Assembly (NCBI RefSeq): GCF_001194135.2
Contig: NC_068994.1
Span: 29,020,773 to 29,084,772, forward strand
Source of the DNA: Octopus bimaculoides
Taxonomy: Eukaryota
Reading direction: 5' to 3'
Length of the DNA: 64,000 bases
Numbering within the stretch: position 1 is the first letter of the stretch; the number at the start of each line of letters is the position of its first letter. This document shows positions 10,354-22,485 of the stretch, one piece after another. The translations under genes and the position numbers were made by a program. Under the pieces are notes generated by a model. That model made no database searches, was not told where the DNA came from, and was given only the letters and a program-made list of their open reading frames with translations.

Positions 10354-10399
10354 CATACAATCCATTCGTCTGTTTTTATTTTCATATTACACACTTAAA

Positions 10400-11045
10400 G
10401 TTCCACTCAATTTGGATATGGATACTCATGGACTTGTGAATTACCAAACACCAGCGAACTTCCCTTCATTGATGCATCCTTTACTAAAGGGACGGATTGG
10501 TTAGACAGTATAACAAAAGAAAGAAAGAGCTCTTTCTTTCTTCTTTCCTCCCCTAATCCTTTTAACCAATACCATTCTCCTCCTTCTAACATACACATCT
10601 ATTCTCTTCTCTCTATCTACTGACCCCTACCAGTACTTTCTCAAAATTTCATTCACACAAGACCCCTTTGAATGAACAGCACATGGAATTAATGTCTCCA
10701 CACTATCCATCTGTAATAACAAAATATGAACTCCTATCGGAATTTACATAACATGGACAAGAAGCCTTTCTACCCATTCAACACAGCACTTTCCTTGGAT
10801 AATGGAACTGCAACTGTAACATCCAACATATATTTTTATTTTTATTCTCTTATTTCTCTTTATACTTCCTATATCTCTCCCTTTCCAAAATAACTTCTTA
10901 TATTGAACTCTACCACTTCCCTCTAACTCTCTCATATTGTCTCTGATGAAGGGATATCCCTCATATCCTTGAAACAACTGTAACTACTTTTCTCTTTATA
11001 AATGTCCTAGAAATTTCACACTGCCTTGGCTTTGTTGTCTCATTT
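10400..11045 (+). mobile_element. Penelope-like element relic (RT trace plus terminal repeat)
   Basis: WTCELPNTSELPFID resembles the PLE FTxE..LPFLD motif; 3' end CTGCCTTGGCTTTGTTGTC shared with the 22075-22485 copy. Confidence 0.6.
10938..10982 (+). ncRNA. Minimal type-I hammerhead ribozyme motif (partly degenerate)
   Basis: TGTCT-CTGATGA(10943-10949)-stem II AGGGATAT/ATATCCTT-GAAA(10971-10974)-C AACT G-TA; stem I 3' arm is diverged. Confidence 0.65.
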
Positions 11046-11049
11046 TATT

Positions 11050-11092
<43 letters not shown>

Positions 11093-11187
11093 TGTATGTA
11101 TGTATCTAGTTAGGTTATATTCTGTTAAGAACGTAAAAGAGTATAAACTTCGACCACCTTCAGATTTCACCAGGTATCTGTGTGTGT

Positions 11188-11219
<32 letters not shown>

Positions 11220-11289
11220 CTGAGAATGAGTATGTATATAGATGTATATGTGTGTTAGAGCATGCATGTGTATATATGTAGATCTATAC

Positions 11290-12125
11290 AAAATGATGTA
11301 TATGTACATGTAAGTTCACCAACTGAATGACAGGTGAATTCAGCCAAGGGCAATGGCAAGTGTAACCAACTATGAAGAATAAATTAACAGTCCAAAGAAA
11401 TAGAATGCTACTTCCTTTGATATGGACCTCAATACTTACCATCTGTAGCCCCCATCCCACTCCATCCATACATTTAAAGCAGTTTATCAACAGACTTTCA
11501 CCACAATGCATTTTGATATACTGAGTGGCTACTATTACCACCCAGGTCACAACAGACAGAAAGGATGCACTTGAAGCCAAGAATTTGAGTTTATGGAAAC
11601 AATATTTATATATCACCTGAGGAGATACAACTAGATCTCATAATGCACAGAAATGGTTACATAACCAAATACCTATGAACCTAGAGGACTTTATTGTGTG
11701 GAATCAACTGTAGTGATTACAAATAAATGTTCCTATGTACTCCCTCTTGTTGACTCCAACTTATTCAATTATGTATATATATTTAATTCATCCTTAGTTG
11801 AAAGAAACCTGTTGTTAATGTCCTGTTGTTTGTATTTGTAATTGTATACCATTTCTCCATTTTTTTACGTCCTTATTTTCATATACATTTGCTTGCTTTC
11901 TTCCAAGAAATCTAGTACTTTTAGCTTAGATTTTCTTGGGGCTGGCCAGATTGGAGCAGTCTTGAGTGTAACCGGCCGAAACTGCTAGATGATCTGGAAC
12001 TCGACTAAGGATAGGAAGCTCCGAATGACCCGTCCTTGTTTTCTCCTGTCCTTTTTTGTATTGTCTAACTGTCCAGATGTTTTGTTGTCGTCTGTTACGT
12101 TCTTGTTCCACTTTTTGTTTTCTTT
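11290..12125 (+). mobile_element. Probable second Penelope-like relic (GIY-YIG C-terminal trace plus pyrimidine-rich terminal repeat)
   Basis: ..TQVTTDRKDALEAK resembles the GIY-YIG R..LEA motif; GGCCGAAAC-containing tail. Confidence 0.35.
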
Positions 12126-12542
12126 TATATATATATNNNNNNNNNNNNNNNNNNNNNNNNNNNNNNNNNNNNNNNNNNNNNNNNNNNNNNNNNNNNNNNN
12201 NNNNNNNNNNNNNNNNNNNNNNNNNNNNNNNNNNNNNNNNNNNNNNNNNNNNNNNNNNNNNNNNNNNNNNNNNNNNNNNNNNNNNNNNNNNNNNNNNNNN
12301 NNNNNNNNNNNNNNNNNNNNNNNNNNNNNNNNNNNNNNNNNNNNNNNNNNNNNNNNNNNNNNNNNNNNNNNNNNNNNNNNNNNNNNNNNNNNNNNNNNNN
12401 NNNNNNNNNNNNNNNNNNNNNNNNNNNNNNNNNNNNNNNNNNNNNNNNNNNNNNNNNNNNNNNNNNNNNNNNNNNNNNNNNNNNNNNNNNNNNNNNNNNN
12501 NNNNNNNNNNNNNNNNNNNNNNNNNNNNNNNNNNNNNNNNNN

Positions 12543-12575
<33 letters not shown>

Positions 12576-12587
12576 ATACACATATAT

Positions 12588-12745
12588 ATGATGGGCTTCT
12601 TTCACTTTCCATCTACCAAATCCACTCGCAAGGTTTTGGTCGGCCTGAGGCTATAGTAGAAGATATTTGCCCAAGGTGCCATGCAGTGTGACTGAACTCA
12701 GAACCATGTGATTGGGAAGCAAGCTTCTTACCACACAGTCACACT
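12588..12745 (-). mobile_element. tRNA-derived SINE (family B)
   Basis: Head GTGACTGTGTGGTAAGAAGCTTGCTTCCCAA..GGTTC..GTTCAGTC with A/B-box-like motifs. Confidence 0.85.
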
Positions 12746-13049
12746 TGTGCCTAGACTGGCCTGTGTCACGTTAAAAGCACCCAGCACACACTGTAAAGTA
12801 GTTGGTGTTAGGAAGGGCATCATAGAAACCAAGCCAAACCAGACTGGAGCCTGGTGCAGCTCTCCTGCTTGTCAACTCTGGTCAAACTGTCCAGCCCATG
12901 CCAGCATGGAAAACAGAGGTTAAAGGATGATGATGATGATGATATATGCTGGGTATAGGCATGGCTGTTGGGTGAGAAGTTTGTTTCACAACCACAAGTA
13001 AAAGTTAGAAGATAAAAGATATATGTGCAGACATGGCAATATAGGTACT

Positions 13050-13460
13050 GGTATGGGTGAGTTATTAAGAAGCTTGCTTTGCAACCATGTGGTTTTCAAT
13101 TCAGTCCCACTTTGTGGTACCATGGCAAATATCCTCTGCTATATGTTGGCTAACTAATGCTTTGTGAGTGAATTCAGTTGACAGAAACCATGTGGAAGCT
13201 CACCATATGTGTGTGTGTGTGTGTGTGCGCGTGTGTGTCTTTGTGTTTGTATCTGTCTCCCCTCCACTGCTTGAAAACCAGTGTTGGTTTGTTTGCATCC
13301 TAGTATCTTAATGGTTTAGCAAAACAGAGCAATAGAATAAGTACCAGGCATCAAAAACAAAAATAAATAAGTACTGAGGTCAGTTTGTTTGACTAAACCC
13401 TTGAGGGGTGCCCCAGCATGGCCACAGTCCAGTGACTGAAACATGTAAAGAATAAAAGAT
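13050..13460 (+). mobile_element. tRNA-derived SINE (family B), near full length; other copies at ~7480, 23580(-), 26985, 31890, 38760, 49125(-)
   Basis: Head, internal (GT)n, GAATAAGTACC core and ACTGAAACA.GTAAAAGAATAAAAGA tail. Confidence 0.8.
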
Positions 13461-15089
13461 AGTCTTACCATGCATTCTCCCATCCTCCATCTGTTGGGTT
13501 TTCAGCAATGGCATTTTTTTATTACTACAAACTGATTTTCAGTTAGGTATCCTATTACATTGTCAGCAATCATTGGCACGTTTGTGTGTGTGTGTGTGTG
13601 TACATGCATGCAAGCATGTGTATATGTGTTTGTGTTTATGTGTATATGCGTGTATGTATTTGTGCGTGGTTGGGCTGGAGTACCTAAATGAGTGTACGTT
13701 TGTATGAATGAGTGTGCATATGTGTTTTAGTGCCCATGTGTACATGTTTGAATGTGTGTAAAGTATGTATGTATGTATGTATGTATGTATGTATGTATGT
13801 ATGTTTTATAGTCATGTGTTTTTGTATTTGTTTCTGTAGCATTGTCTGCATAATTCTGAATGTGTATTGTGTGTATGTATGTGTGTGTGTTTATGCATGT
13901 ATTTTGTGTGTTTTTGTATGTAAATGTCAGTGTACATACATGTTTGTGAATTCTCTTGCTGTTGGTGTGTTTCTTGGTTTTCTTGCCATAATTAGTGAGA
14001 ACAGGAGGAGGGGAGGAGGAAAAAGATACAGTAGNNNNNNNNNNNNNNNNNNNNNNNNNNNNNNNNNNNNNNNNNNNNNNNNNNNNNNNNNNNNNNNNNN
14101 NNNNNNNNNNNNNNNNNNNNNNNNNNNNNNNNNNNNNNNNNNNNNNNNNNNNNNNNNNNNNNNNNNNNNNNNNNNNNNNNNNNNNNNNNNNNNNNNNNNN
14201 NNNNNNNNNNNNNNNNNNNNNNNNNNNNNNNNNNNNNNNNNNNNNNNNNNNNNNNNNNNNNNNNNNNNNNNNNNNNNNNNNNNNNNNNNNNNNNNNNNNN
14301 NNNNNNNNNNNNNNNNNNNNNNNNNNNNNNNNNNNNNNNNNNNNNNNNNNNNNNNNNNNNNNNNNNNNNNNNNNNNNNNNNNNNNNNNNNNNNNNNNNNN
14401 NNNNNNNNNNNNNNNNNNNNNNNNNNNNNNNNNNNNNNNNNNNNNNNNNNNNNNNNNNNNNNNNNNNNNNNNNNNNNNNNNNNNNNNNNNNNNNNNNNNN
14501 NNNNNNNNNNNNNNNNNNNNNNNNNNNNNNNNNNNNNNNNNNNNNNNNNNNNNNNNNNNNNNNNNNNNNNNNNNNNNNNNNNNNNNNNNNNNNNNNNNNN
14601 NNNNNNNNNNNNNNNNNNNNNNNNNNNNNNNNNNNNNNNNNNNNNNNNNNNNNNNNNNNNNNNNNNNNNNNNNNNNNNNNNNNNNNNNNNNNNNNNNNNN
14701 NNNNNNNNNNNNNNNNNNNNNNNNNNNNNNNNNNNNNNNNNNNNNNNNNNNNNNNNNNNNNNNNNNNNNNNNNNNNNNNNNNNNNNNNNNNNNNNNNNNN
14801 NNNNNNNNNNNNNNNNNNNNNNNNNNNNNNNNNNNNNNNNNNNNNNNNNNNNNNNNNNNNNNNNNNNNNNNNNNNNNNNNNNNNNNNNNNNNNNNNNNNN
14901 NNNNNNNNNNNNNNNNNNNNNNNNNNNNNNNNNNNNNNNNNNNNNNNNNNNNNNNNNNNNNNNNNNNNNNNNNNNNNNNNNNATGTATATGTATGTATGT
15001 ATATGTATGTATGTATACGTGTATCGCGATATCCTTTGTGTTCTGTTTTTAATTTGTTTCATATATATATATATATATATAGATGAGTT

Positions 15090-15220
15090 GCAAAAACCAA
15101 AGTCCTAGTAAGTAGGAAGGCAAACATATCACAAACTCCTTCAGGTAGATGGCCCTGCTCAATCTGTAGAAAAGGTGTACGTAGAAACTTCATAAGATGT
15201 ACCCAGGCATAAGATGTACC
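15090..15220 (+). mobile_element. RTE fragment covering the start of the PHD-like module
   Basis: KTKVLVSRKA..TPSGRWPCSICRKGVRRN. Confidence 0.75.
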
Positions 15221-15513
15221 CATGGTAATGGTGGTGAGAAATCGCTAGACAGAATGAAATGAAATGAAGGGCAACTGAGTTAGTTGCATATGTCCCAAGA
15301 GATAGAGAGGAGGAGTGCAGGTAATATATAGAGAACAGCCCAGTGAGGAGGAGCAGTGGAGAGAAGAGACATCAGGTAATAGTGGTGGGAGGAGAGAGAG
15401 ATATCCAGTGTAGAGGGTGAGATGACAGTGATAAAGATTGGGGTAAGATTGAGATATCCAGTATTGGTGGTGGGAGCGGGACAGGGCGAGCATACCATGA
15501 ACAAACGAGTTTA

Positions 15514-15986
15514 ATTTGGGGAAATGGTATGAGGATCTAACATAAGTAGCAGGGGTGTTTAGTATATTATACATTCATAGTGTTCATGGTGGATGAGAAA
15601 TTAAACTAGAGAAACAAGGAACATGAAATTAAACAAGCCAACAGACGAGTAGAGAAAATTAGCTATTAGTAAACAGTACATTTAAATAGTAAACAATACA
15701 TTTAAAGTGTTAATGGCGAATGAGTGAATGAAGGATTGAAACAAGACTTAGCTTAGCTTAGCAGTACATAATCATCATTTGGAGATTGGACAAGAATACG
15801 TGAGAGAATGGAATGGTAGGGAACACATGGGACAGGGATTTTAAAACAGATAGATGTAAGCGGAAACTAGTTTAGGGGAAATGGTGCGAGGATCAAATGA
15901 AAGGAGCAGTACTGTTTAGTATAGCATACATTCATAGTGTTCATGGTGGATGAGAAATTAAACTAGAGAAATGAGGAATATGAAAT
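15514..15986. repeat. Two ~115-bp direct repeats (15514-15630 and 15873-15986), probably from retroelement 3' ends
   Basis: CATTCATAGTGTTCATGGTGGATGAGAAATTAAACTAGAGAAA is identical in both. Confidence 0.75.
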
Positions 15987-18224
15987 ATATATATATAATT
16001 TAAAACAGTTCCATTTGGCTCCATGTGACTTAAAGTTTAGCAGGCCTCTAACAGAAATCTGTCTCTTTCAGGCTTAGATTACTGAATGGAGAAACACAAA
16101 TAATACAAAATGGCTACCAGGAAATAGGCTGCTATTGGTCAAGGAGGCTCACATAGTGTTGTCAGAGTAAGATTGTTGTAAGTTAAGTTGTTCAACAACG
16201 GCAATTCTTTTAGAAAGAGGAATTTCTTTGACTGCATGATTGGACAGGAAGCTGGTGGCACCTCAATGTTATCACACCCTACACCTTATACATCATCCCC
16301 TGCCAACCTTCTGATCGAATGCTCCTGAGCCATTTCTATCTCTCATTTCATTCCCATCTCCATACAGGTATTTCCCATCAGCTGTAGCTCCACCAACATA
16401 TCTAACCATATGTTACTCTCCCCTCACATATTTATGAAAGAACTCCTTTCTCTTCTCCTCTCCCCTGACCCACTATCTGTATCCTTTCTTATACTCATCT
16501 TCCTGTACCCCAACTGCTCTCACCCACCATTGTATAAGCGTGGTAGCCATGTATTCTCTGTGTAACACGACACCCATTATGGTTGTCCCTCTATCATGCT
16601 CTGCCTTGGTATGAAACTTCACTTACCTCAAATACTCCCCATCACCTAGTAGTAGGAGCTTTTTCCCTATTGTTTCTCTCTATATTGTAAGTTACTTGCT
16701 AACCTCACTAGTGCTGGTGGCTTGAAAAAGGCACCCAGTACACACTATAAAGTGACTGGCACTAGGAAGGGCATCCAGCCATAGAAACATACTGGGTATT
16801 GTCAAGCTGGAGGTGCTTGTGTCTCCAATTGGCCAATGATAGGTAGCAGGCTTTCAAAGCATCATATACTAACTGCATAAAGACTTGCATCGACAGCATG
16901 ACCATCTGGAACAAACTAAAAGTACAACACACCTTTGAAATTCCACCAGATACACAACATGACCTTCTGTTCAAACTGTCCTTGTTTGGCAACAGCTTCT
17001 GAAGCCTGGCTGGAACATAGCCACTGATTTCTCTTATTAGGATTATGAAAATAAATCCATTTTTCATCTCCAGTTACAATTTGATACTAAAATGGGCATC
17101 TTGAGGATTTGCCAGCAGTTGTTTGTAAATGTTCACCTGTCATTGAGCCTGGTCATGGAACATGGACATTAAATGATGATGATGATGATATGTATATGTG
17201 TGTGTGTGTGTGTATATCTGAATATGTATATATTAAAGGAAGATATAAATATTGGCAAGAAACTAAAAAAAACCCCCAAAAAACAAGTGTTTAAAGGAAG
17301 TCTTTTATGATATTTGTTCTGAACCAAGTTATACACATTCTTATCTCTTTCACTTTCAGAAATACAGTGAATCAGTGAATGGTCCTGCTAAAACCTTTAA
17401 CCAGTGATGCTTTTGTTCACCAATTCTGATGTTAAATATATGAAGAACTGAATATTAAAACTGAAATATGCTACATTCTTGAAGAGAAAACCTTGTATTG
17501 AGGACATAGATTTGACAGTGTTAAGTATGTGAGGTCATCATAAGAGATATTAAGAGACTATGATGTTTGTAGTTCATGATGAGAGTATGTGAGGTACATG
17601 TATGTTGTGGCTGTATCATTACACTGCTGAAAAAGATTAGGGTTTCTTTTTCATCAGTTAGTCAAGAGAGAAGGGTAGTGCCCATTACCTTTTACAAGGT
17701 CTCCAAGATTTGTTGGTGGGTAGGAGGAGAGGCATTCTCAAACTGAAGACGTACTTCCAATGATTGTAACGAAGCAGATTCCACTAAAAGCACTGACATA
17801 CCAAGTGGTGATGTTAGACTGGGTGACTGAGCCCATTGTACAAATAGGCCATGGTGGGGTTTGAACTCTGATCTCAACAAATTGGAACAACTGATTCCTA
17901 GACATCTCATTTGATGCTCTGATATTTCCATCAGTCCATCACTCTAGATTGGTACTTCAGCTATTAATCCTGGAAAGACAAAAAGCAAAGCTGACCTTGA
18001 TAGCTATTGAACTCAGAATGCAAGGAGCCAGAATAAAAGGAATTTTGTTCACCCTTCTAACTCTTCTCTAAATGTCTCCAGTGAAAGATGATCTTAAAGT
18101 CAGTGTGATGGAAGAGTCCTCCATATCTGTTGTTGAGTGTTTGGGCTGTTTAAAGGTGATACCTGACCACAGACTTTTCAAGCTAATTAAGACCTCCATA
18201 ATGACAATTTTCATTTAGGTACAG

Positions 18225-18600
18225 ATATTGGTGATACTTTTTGAGAACATACTGCATTTGATGTTTGATGCAATATTGATTTTGTTACAATATTTGTATT
18301 GCTGCAATATTGATTTTGGTGTGATATTGATAAGTTTGATGTGAATCTGATTTTGGTGTAATATTGATTTTGGTGCAATATCTTGATTTGATTAATATTA
18401 ATTTTAGTGTGATATTGCTGCTACATTGATATTGGTGCAATATTGATTTCGGTACTAATTTGATATTGAGATTATTATTATTGATTCTTGAAGTGGTATT
18501 AGTATCGGTTTGTTGCTGATATTGGTTTAATAGATGTTACAATGATGTTAATATCAATATTCATGTAGTAATATCAATATTGGTGTGATATTAGTATCAG
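18225..18600. repeat. Degenerate ~17-bp tandem repeat (ATATTGATTTTGGTGCA-like)
   Basis: Repeated ATATTG..TTTGGTG motifs. Confidence 0.7.
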
Positions 18601-19269
18601 AGCAAAAATGTGTGTGTGTATGTGTGTGTGAGTGTCTATATTCATGTATGTATGTATGTATGTATGTATGTATGTATGTATGCATGTATGTATGATTTTT
18701 CTTTGTGTTTAGTTTATGTTCTTCTTGAGAGAGTTCAAGCCAGTCACTAACAAAGTGACAAGATGTTTTGAGTTAAGAGAGTTCCCGGTGTTTGCAAATA
18801 TATGATTGAGGTGGTGTGTTAGTTAAACTGTTAATGCATGCACCCAAGTGAGTGCATCTATTCACTTAAGAACTTCAGATGAATGTCTTATAAATCTTCC
18901 CTGTGCCACTAATAGATTGGATTTGGAGAATCCGTATGTTTCTTATGTTCTTTTTCTGTGAAACTGAGTATTTCTAGTTTATTTTTTTTGTGCAAATTTG
19001 TTTGTACATAACTTAATGCACATATGATGACAGGTACAAATGTGTGTGTGTGTGTGTGTGTGCGTGCGCACGCACGTCTGTATGCATGTGTGTATGTGTG
19101 TATGACAGCAGACTCAAAGACATATGTGATAACTACATGTCAGTCATTGGCAAAATCTTTGTAAGGAAACCCTTCTCTATTGGTTTCAGAGCTATGATGC
19201 ACCAGGTGTTCTTCCCAAGTCACAATGTGGCTTTCAGCTAAATCAGGGTATAACTGATATGATCTTTAT

Positions 19270-19735
19270 AGCTTGACAGGTTCAATTGAAGTGCAAGGAA
19301 CAACTTGATCTGTACCAGTCTTTCACCAATCTCATCAAGGCCTTTGACACTGCACATAGGCAAACTCTTTGTGGTATCTTTTCTAAGCTAGGGTGCTCAT
19401 TCAGTCTCTTCATAATAACATGAAAGCATGGATTTGTGTCAATGGTGAAATACTAGAAGCTGTTTCAGCTGAATCTGGTGCTGAACAAAGTGATATCATG
19501 GTTCCTACATTGTTTGCCATCTTCTTTGCTATTGTTTTCTTGAAAACCTTTGTGAATAGCATGTTACCATACAACAAGAAAGTTTTTGAACATCTGTCAT
19601 TTTACAGCAGTAACGAAAACTTTCATAGCTCTCATTCACGATCTCCTTTATACTGATGTACTCTGATATCATCCAGATCTGGCTAACCACATTGAATGAA
19701 AGGGAACCTTTAGAATCATTTAAGATGAACAATTA
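19270..19735 (+). mobile_element. BovB-like RTE RT fragment
   Basis: KCKEQLDLY..F..LIKAFDT..R..L..I.SKLGC and VPTLFAIFF motifs. Confidence 0.8.
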
Positions 19736-19739
19736 AATT

Positions 19740-21731
19740 GTACTTTACTCATTTGGTAAATCCCAAGTTTGATCTAGCTAAGATCAAAGTTATTAGCAAT
19801 AAAGCAGATAAGACTCTAATTCCATCAGGTAAATGGCCTTGCTCAATCTGTATTAAAGGAGTGGGAAATAATTCCATTTGCTGCACCAAATGTAAGTTAT
19901 GGACATGCAAGAGATGTAGTGAAATCACAAGTAGATTAACAGATAAGGTCACCTTCATGTGTGGCAGATATGCAGGATCAATAAACACTAAGAGCACATG
20001 AGACTTAGACCCTCTCAAATATCCAGGAGGTTCTCTTGAGGTAGTGGATAGTTTCTGTTACTTAGGTGACCAAATTAGCAATGGGGGTGGATGCTCTGAA
20101 AGTATTGTTTCTAGAATATGAATAGGATGGAGAAAATTCAGAGAGCTCCTACCTTTGTTGGTAACAAAAGGATTCTCTCTCTCAGAGTGAAAGATAGATG
20201 GTATGATGCTTGTGTATGAACAGCTATGCTCTATGCTAGTGAAACTTGGGCTCTGAATGCAGAGGACATGTGTAGACTAGAGAGAAATGAAGGCAGTATG
20301 CCATGCTGGATGTGCAGCATCAATGTGCATGAACAACGAAGCACAAATGTGTTGAGAGAAAAGTTGGGCATAAGAGGAATCAAATGCAGCTTGCAAGAGA
20401 GACTATTTTGGTTTGGTCATGTGATGTGTAAGAATGAAGACAGCCGTATAAAGAAGTGCCAGTCACTGAAAGTGGATGGCACCTGTGGAAGAAGGAGACC
20501 CAGGAAGAAATGGATGAAGTGGTGAGGACTGATTTCAGGATGCTGGGACTCACAGAGGAAATGACACTGGGCTGAGATGTCTGGTGATATGAGGTTCTAG
20601 AGAAGACTCCACCATGCCAGTGAACCTGAGATCCAGAGCCATTGTGTCCCACAATGAAACTTTCACACACACTACCCCAACAAACCAAACTACATCCTCC
20701 ACTTCCCTTCCCAAAGTGTTTCTCTTCTCTTCATACACTATGATTATCTCCTATTCCAATCCAGTCCTTGCTACCCTGCTCACTGTATCGTTGCTTTCCT
20801 CCTGTCCCCCTCTCCTCTACAAGCCCAGATTCTCACCAGTTACAGCATTCTCTACCCCCACTCCCCATCCCAGTCCTCACTGTTTCCCTCTGTACCCCCT
20901 CTATATAGCTAGATTCTCTCCAGTCATTGCATTTCCCCACTCCCTGCTACAATTCACCTCCCTCTTCCTTATTCTTTATGCTCTGATACCCATTCCTTGC
21001 AAGTATACCCTGGCACTTGCCACCATCCCTCTCTTGCCCTTGCTTCTCCTACTCTCTCTTTTCTTTCCTCTCCCCTCTAGCTGAGTAATCATGAATCTCA
21101 TCTACAGCAACAAACGTGTTTCTGCCCTCGTTCTTAACCAATCTCTCTCCCTCCTTCCCTTGCCTTTACTTCTGGCTAGGGAACCATGTATCTCCTTTAC
21201 AACAGCACACCTCTTGTTAACTCCCACTCTCTCTCTCTAGGTAACTGTTTCTTCCCTCGTTCTTGTTAACTCTCACTCTCTTTGGCTGGGTAACCATGGA
21301 TCTCCTCTACAAGACATCTGTTTCTGCCTCTCTATCACATTCTAATCATCTTTTGACACAAGATCACCTCCTCCAATGCCCTCTCCCTTCTCAAAGATGC
21401 TTTGTCTTGCAAACTCACTTGGTAACGCCACCAGTACAGGTCTCACTTTAAAAGTATCCAGTCCACACTGTAAAGTGGTTGGCATTTGGAAGGGTATCCA
21501 GCTGTAAAAACCATGCCAAGACTAACCTCATCTGTGTGAGTGCCACACAAAAAGCACTCAACCCACACTACAGAGTGAATGTTGTTAGGAAGGGTATTTA
21601 GCTGTAAAAACCATGCCAAAACACACCCAGAAGTGTGGCACAGGCACCTACCTGGCCAGCTCCTGTCAAACCATCCAACCTAAGCTACCATGGAAGAAGG
21701 ATGTTAGACGATGATGGTGATGATGATGATA
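19740..21731 (+). mobile_element. RTE LINE 3' half: PHD-like module, ORF2 C-terminus, pyrimidine-rich 3' UTR and (GAT)n tail
   Basis: SGKWPCSICIKGVGNNSICCTKCKLW; LEVVDSFCYLGD; MLYASETWAL; LFWFGHV; GRRRPRK.W. Confidence 0.88.
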
Positions 21732-21774
21732 TATATACATATACACCTATATATATATATATATATATATATAT

Positions 21775-21990
21775 CATCATCATCATCATCATCATCATCT
21801 TCATCGTTTAACCTCCACTTTCCATGCTGTCATGAGTCTGGCAAGCCAGAAGGCAGCACCAGGCTCCAATCCAATCTGGCAAAGTTTCTACAGCTGGATG
21901 CCTTTCCTAATGCCAACCACTCCAAGAGTATAGTGGGTGCTTTTTACATGCCATCAGCATGGGAGCCAGTCAGGCAGCACTGGCAATGAT
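21775..21990 (-). mobile_element. RTE-tail SINE-like copy, tail-to-tail with the preceding copy
   Basis: Reverse complement of the tail at 21460-21731. Confidence 0.8.
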
Positions 21991-22074
21991 CATGCTCAAA
22001 TGGTACATATATGTATGTATGTGTATATATGTAAATGTATACACACACACACACACACATATATATACGCAAGT

Positions 22075-22485
22075 GCAACATTCAAAATACTGCCTGGATT
22101 TACCAAGGATTATACTTAAGGACCTATACCTTCATGGAAATATGGACAAACCTCCACACCCTCTAGAATAACATGAACTGTGAACTTTATTCTCCTGTGT
22201 GCATTCCTCTATCTACTGTTTTACTCTTTATTCTTCTGTCCACTATTTTATTTCTTCATAAACTGTGAACTTCCTGTCTAGAACTTTCATACATACTCAC
22301 TTTGTTTCTGATGACGGAATACCCAGTGTATGGAGATGCTAACCTATCACTTGGGATATCGCAGAAACAGCTGTAAGACATCCAATAATTAATTAATTAA
22401 TTACTTCAAATTTACCTTACTCTACTTAAATATATTCTAAATGACTTGAGATACTTGTCCTGCCTTGGTTTTTGTTGTCCTTTTT
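22075..22485 (+). mobile_element. Penelope-like element 3' end (GIY-YIG end plus terminal repeat)
   Basis: EIWTNLHTL*NNMN resembles the E..W...L.TL.P.GLN terminus of PLE GIY-YIG; same tail as the 10400-11045 copy. Confidence 0.65.
22303..22380 (+). ncRNA. Minimal type-I hammerhead ribozyme motif
   Basis: Stem I TGTTT/AGACA; CTGATGA 22308-22314; long imperfect stem II (..ATACCCAGTG/CACTTGGGATAT..); GAAA 22364-22367; C-AGCT-G palindromic stem III; GUA cleavage triplet (cut after 22375). Confidence 0.75.

Noticed and set aside
11925-11995. Third hammerhead (GGCTGG...CCGGCC-GAAAC)
   Set aside because: A stem before GAAA is present, but CUGANGA is replaced by CTTGGGG and there is no NUH triplet or stem I
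15991-17480. Plus-strand exons after TTTCAG acceptors at ~16050 and ~17359
   Set aside because: All frames hit stops before a convincing donor
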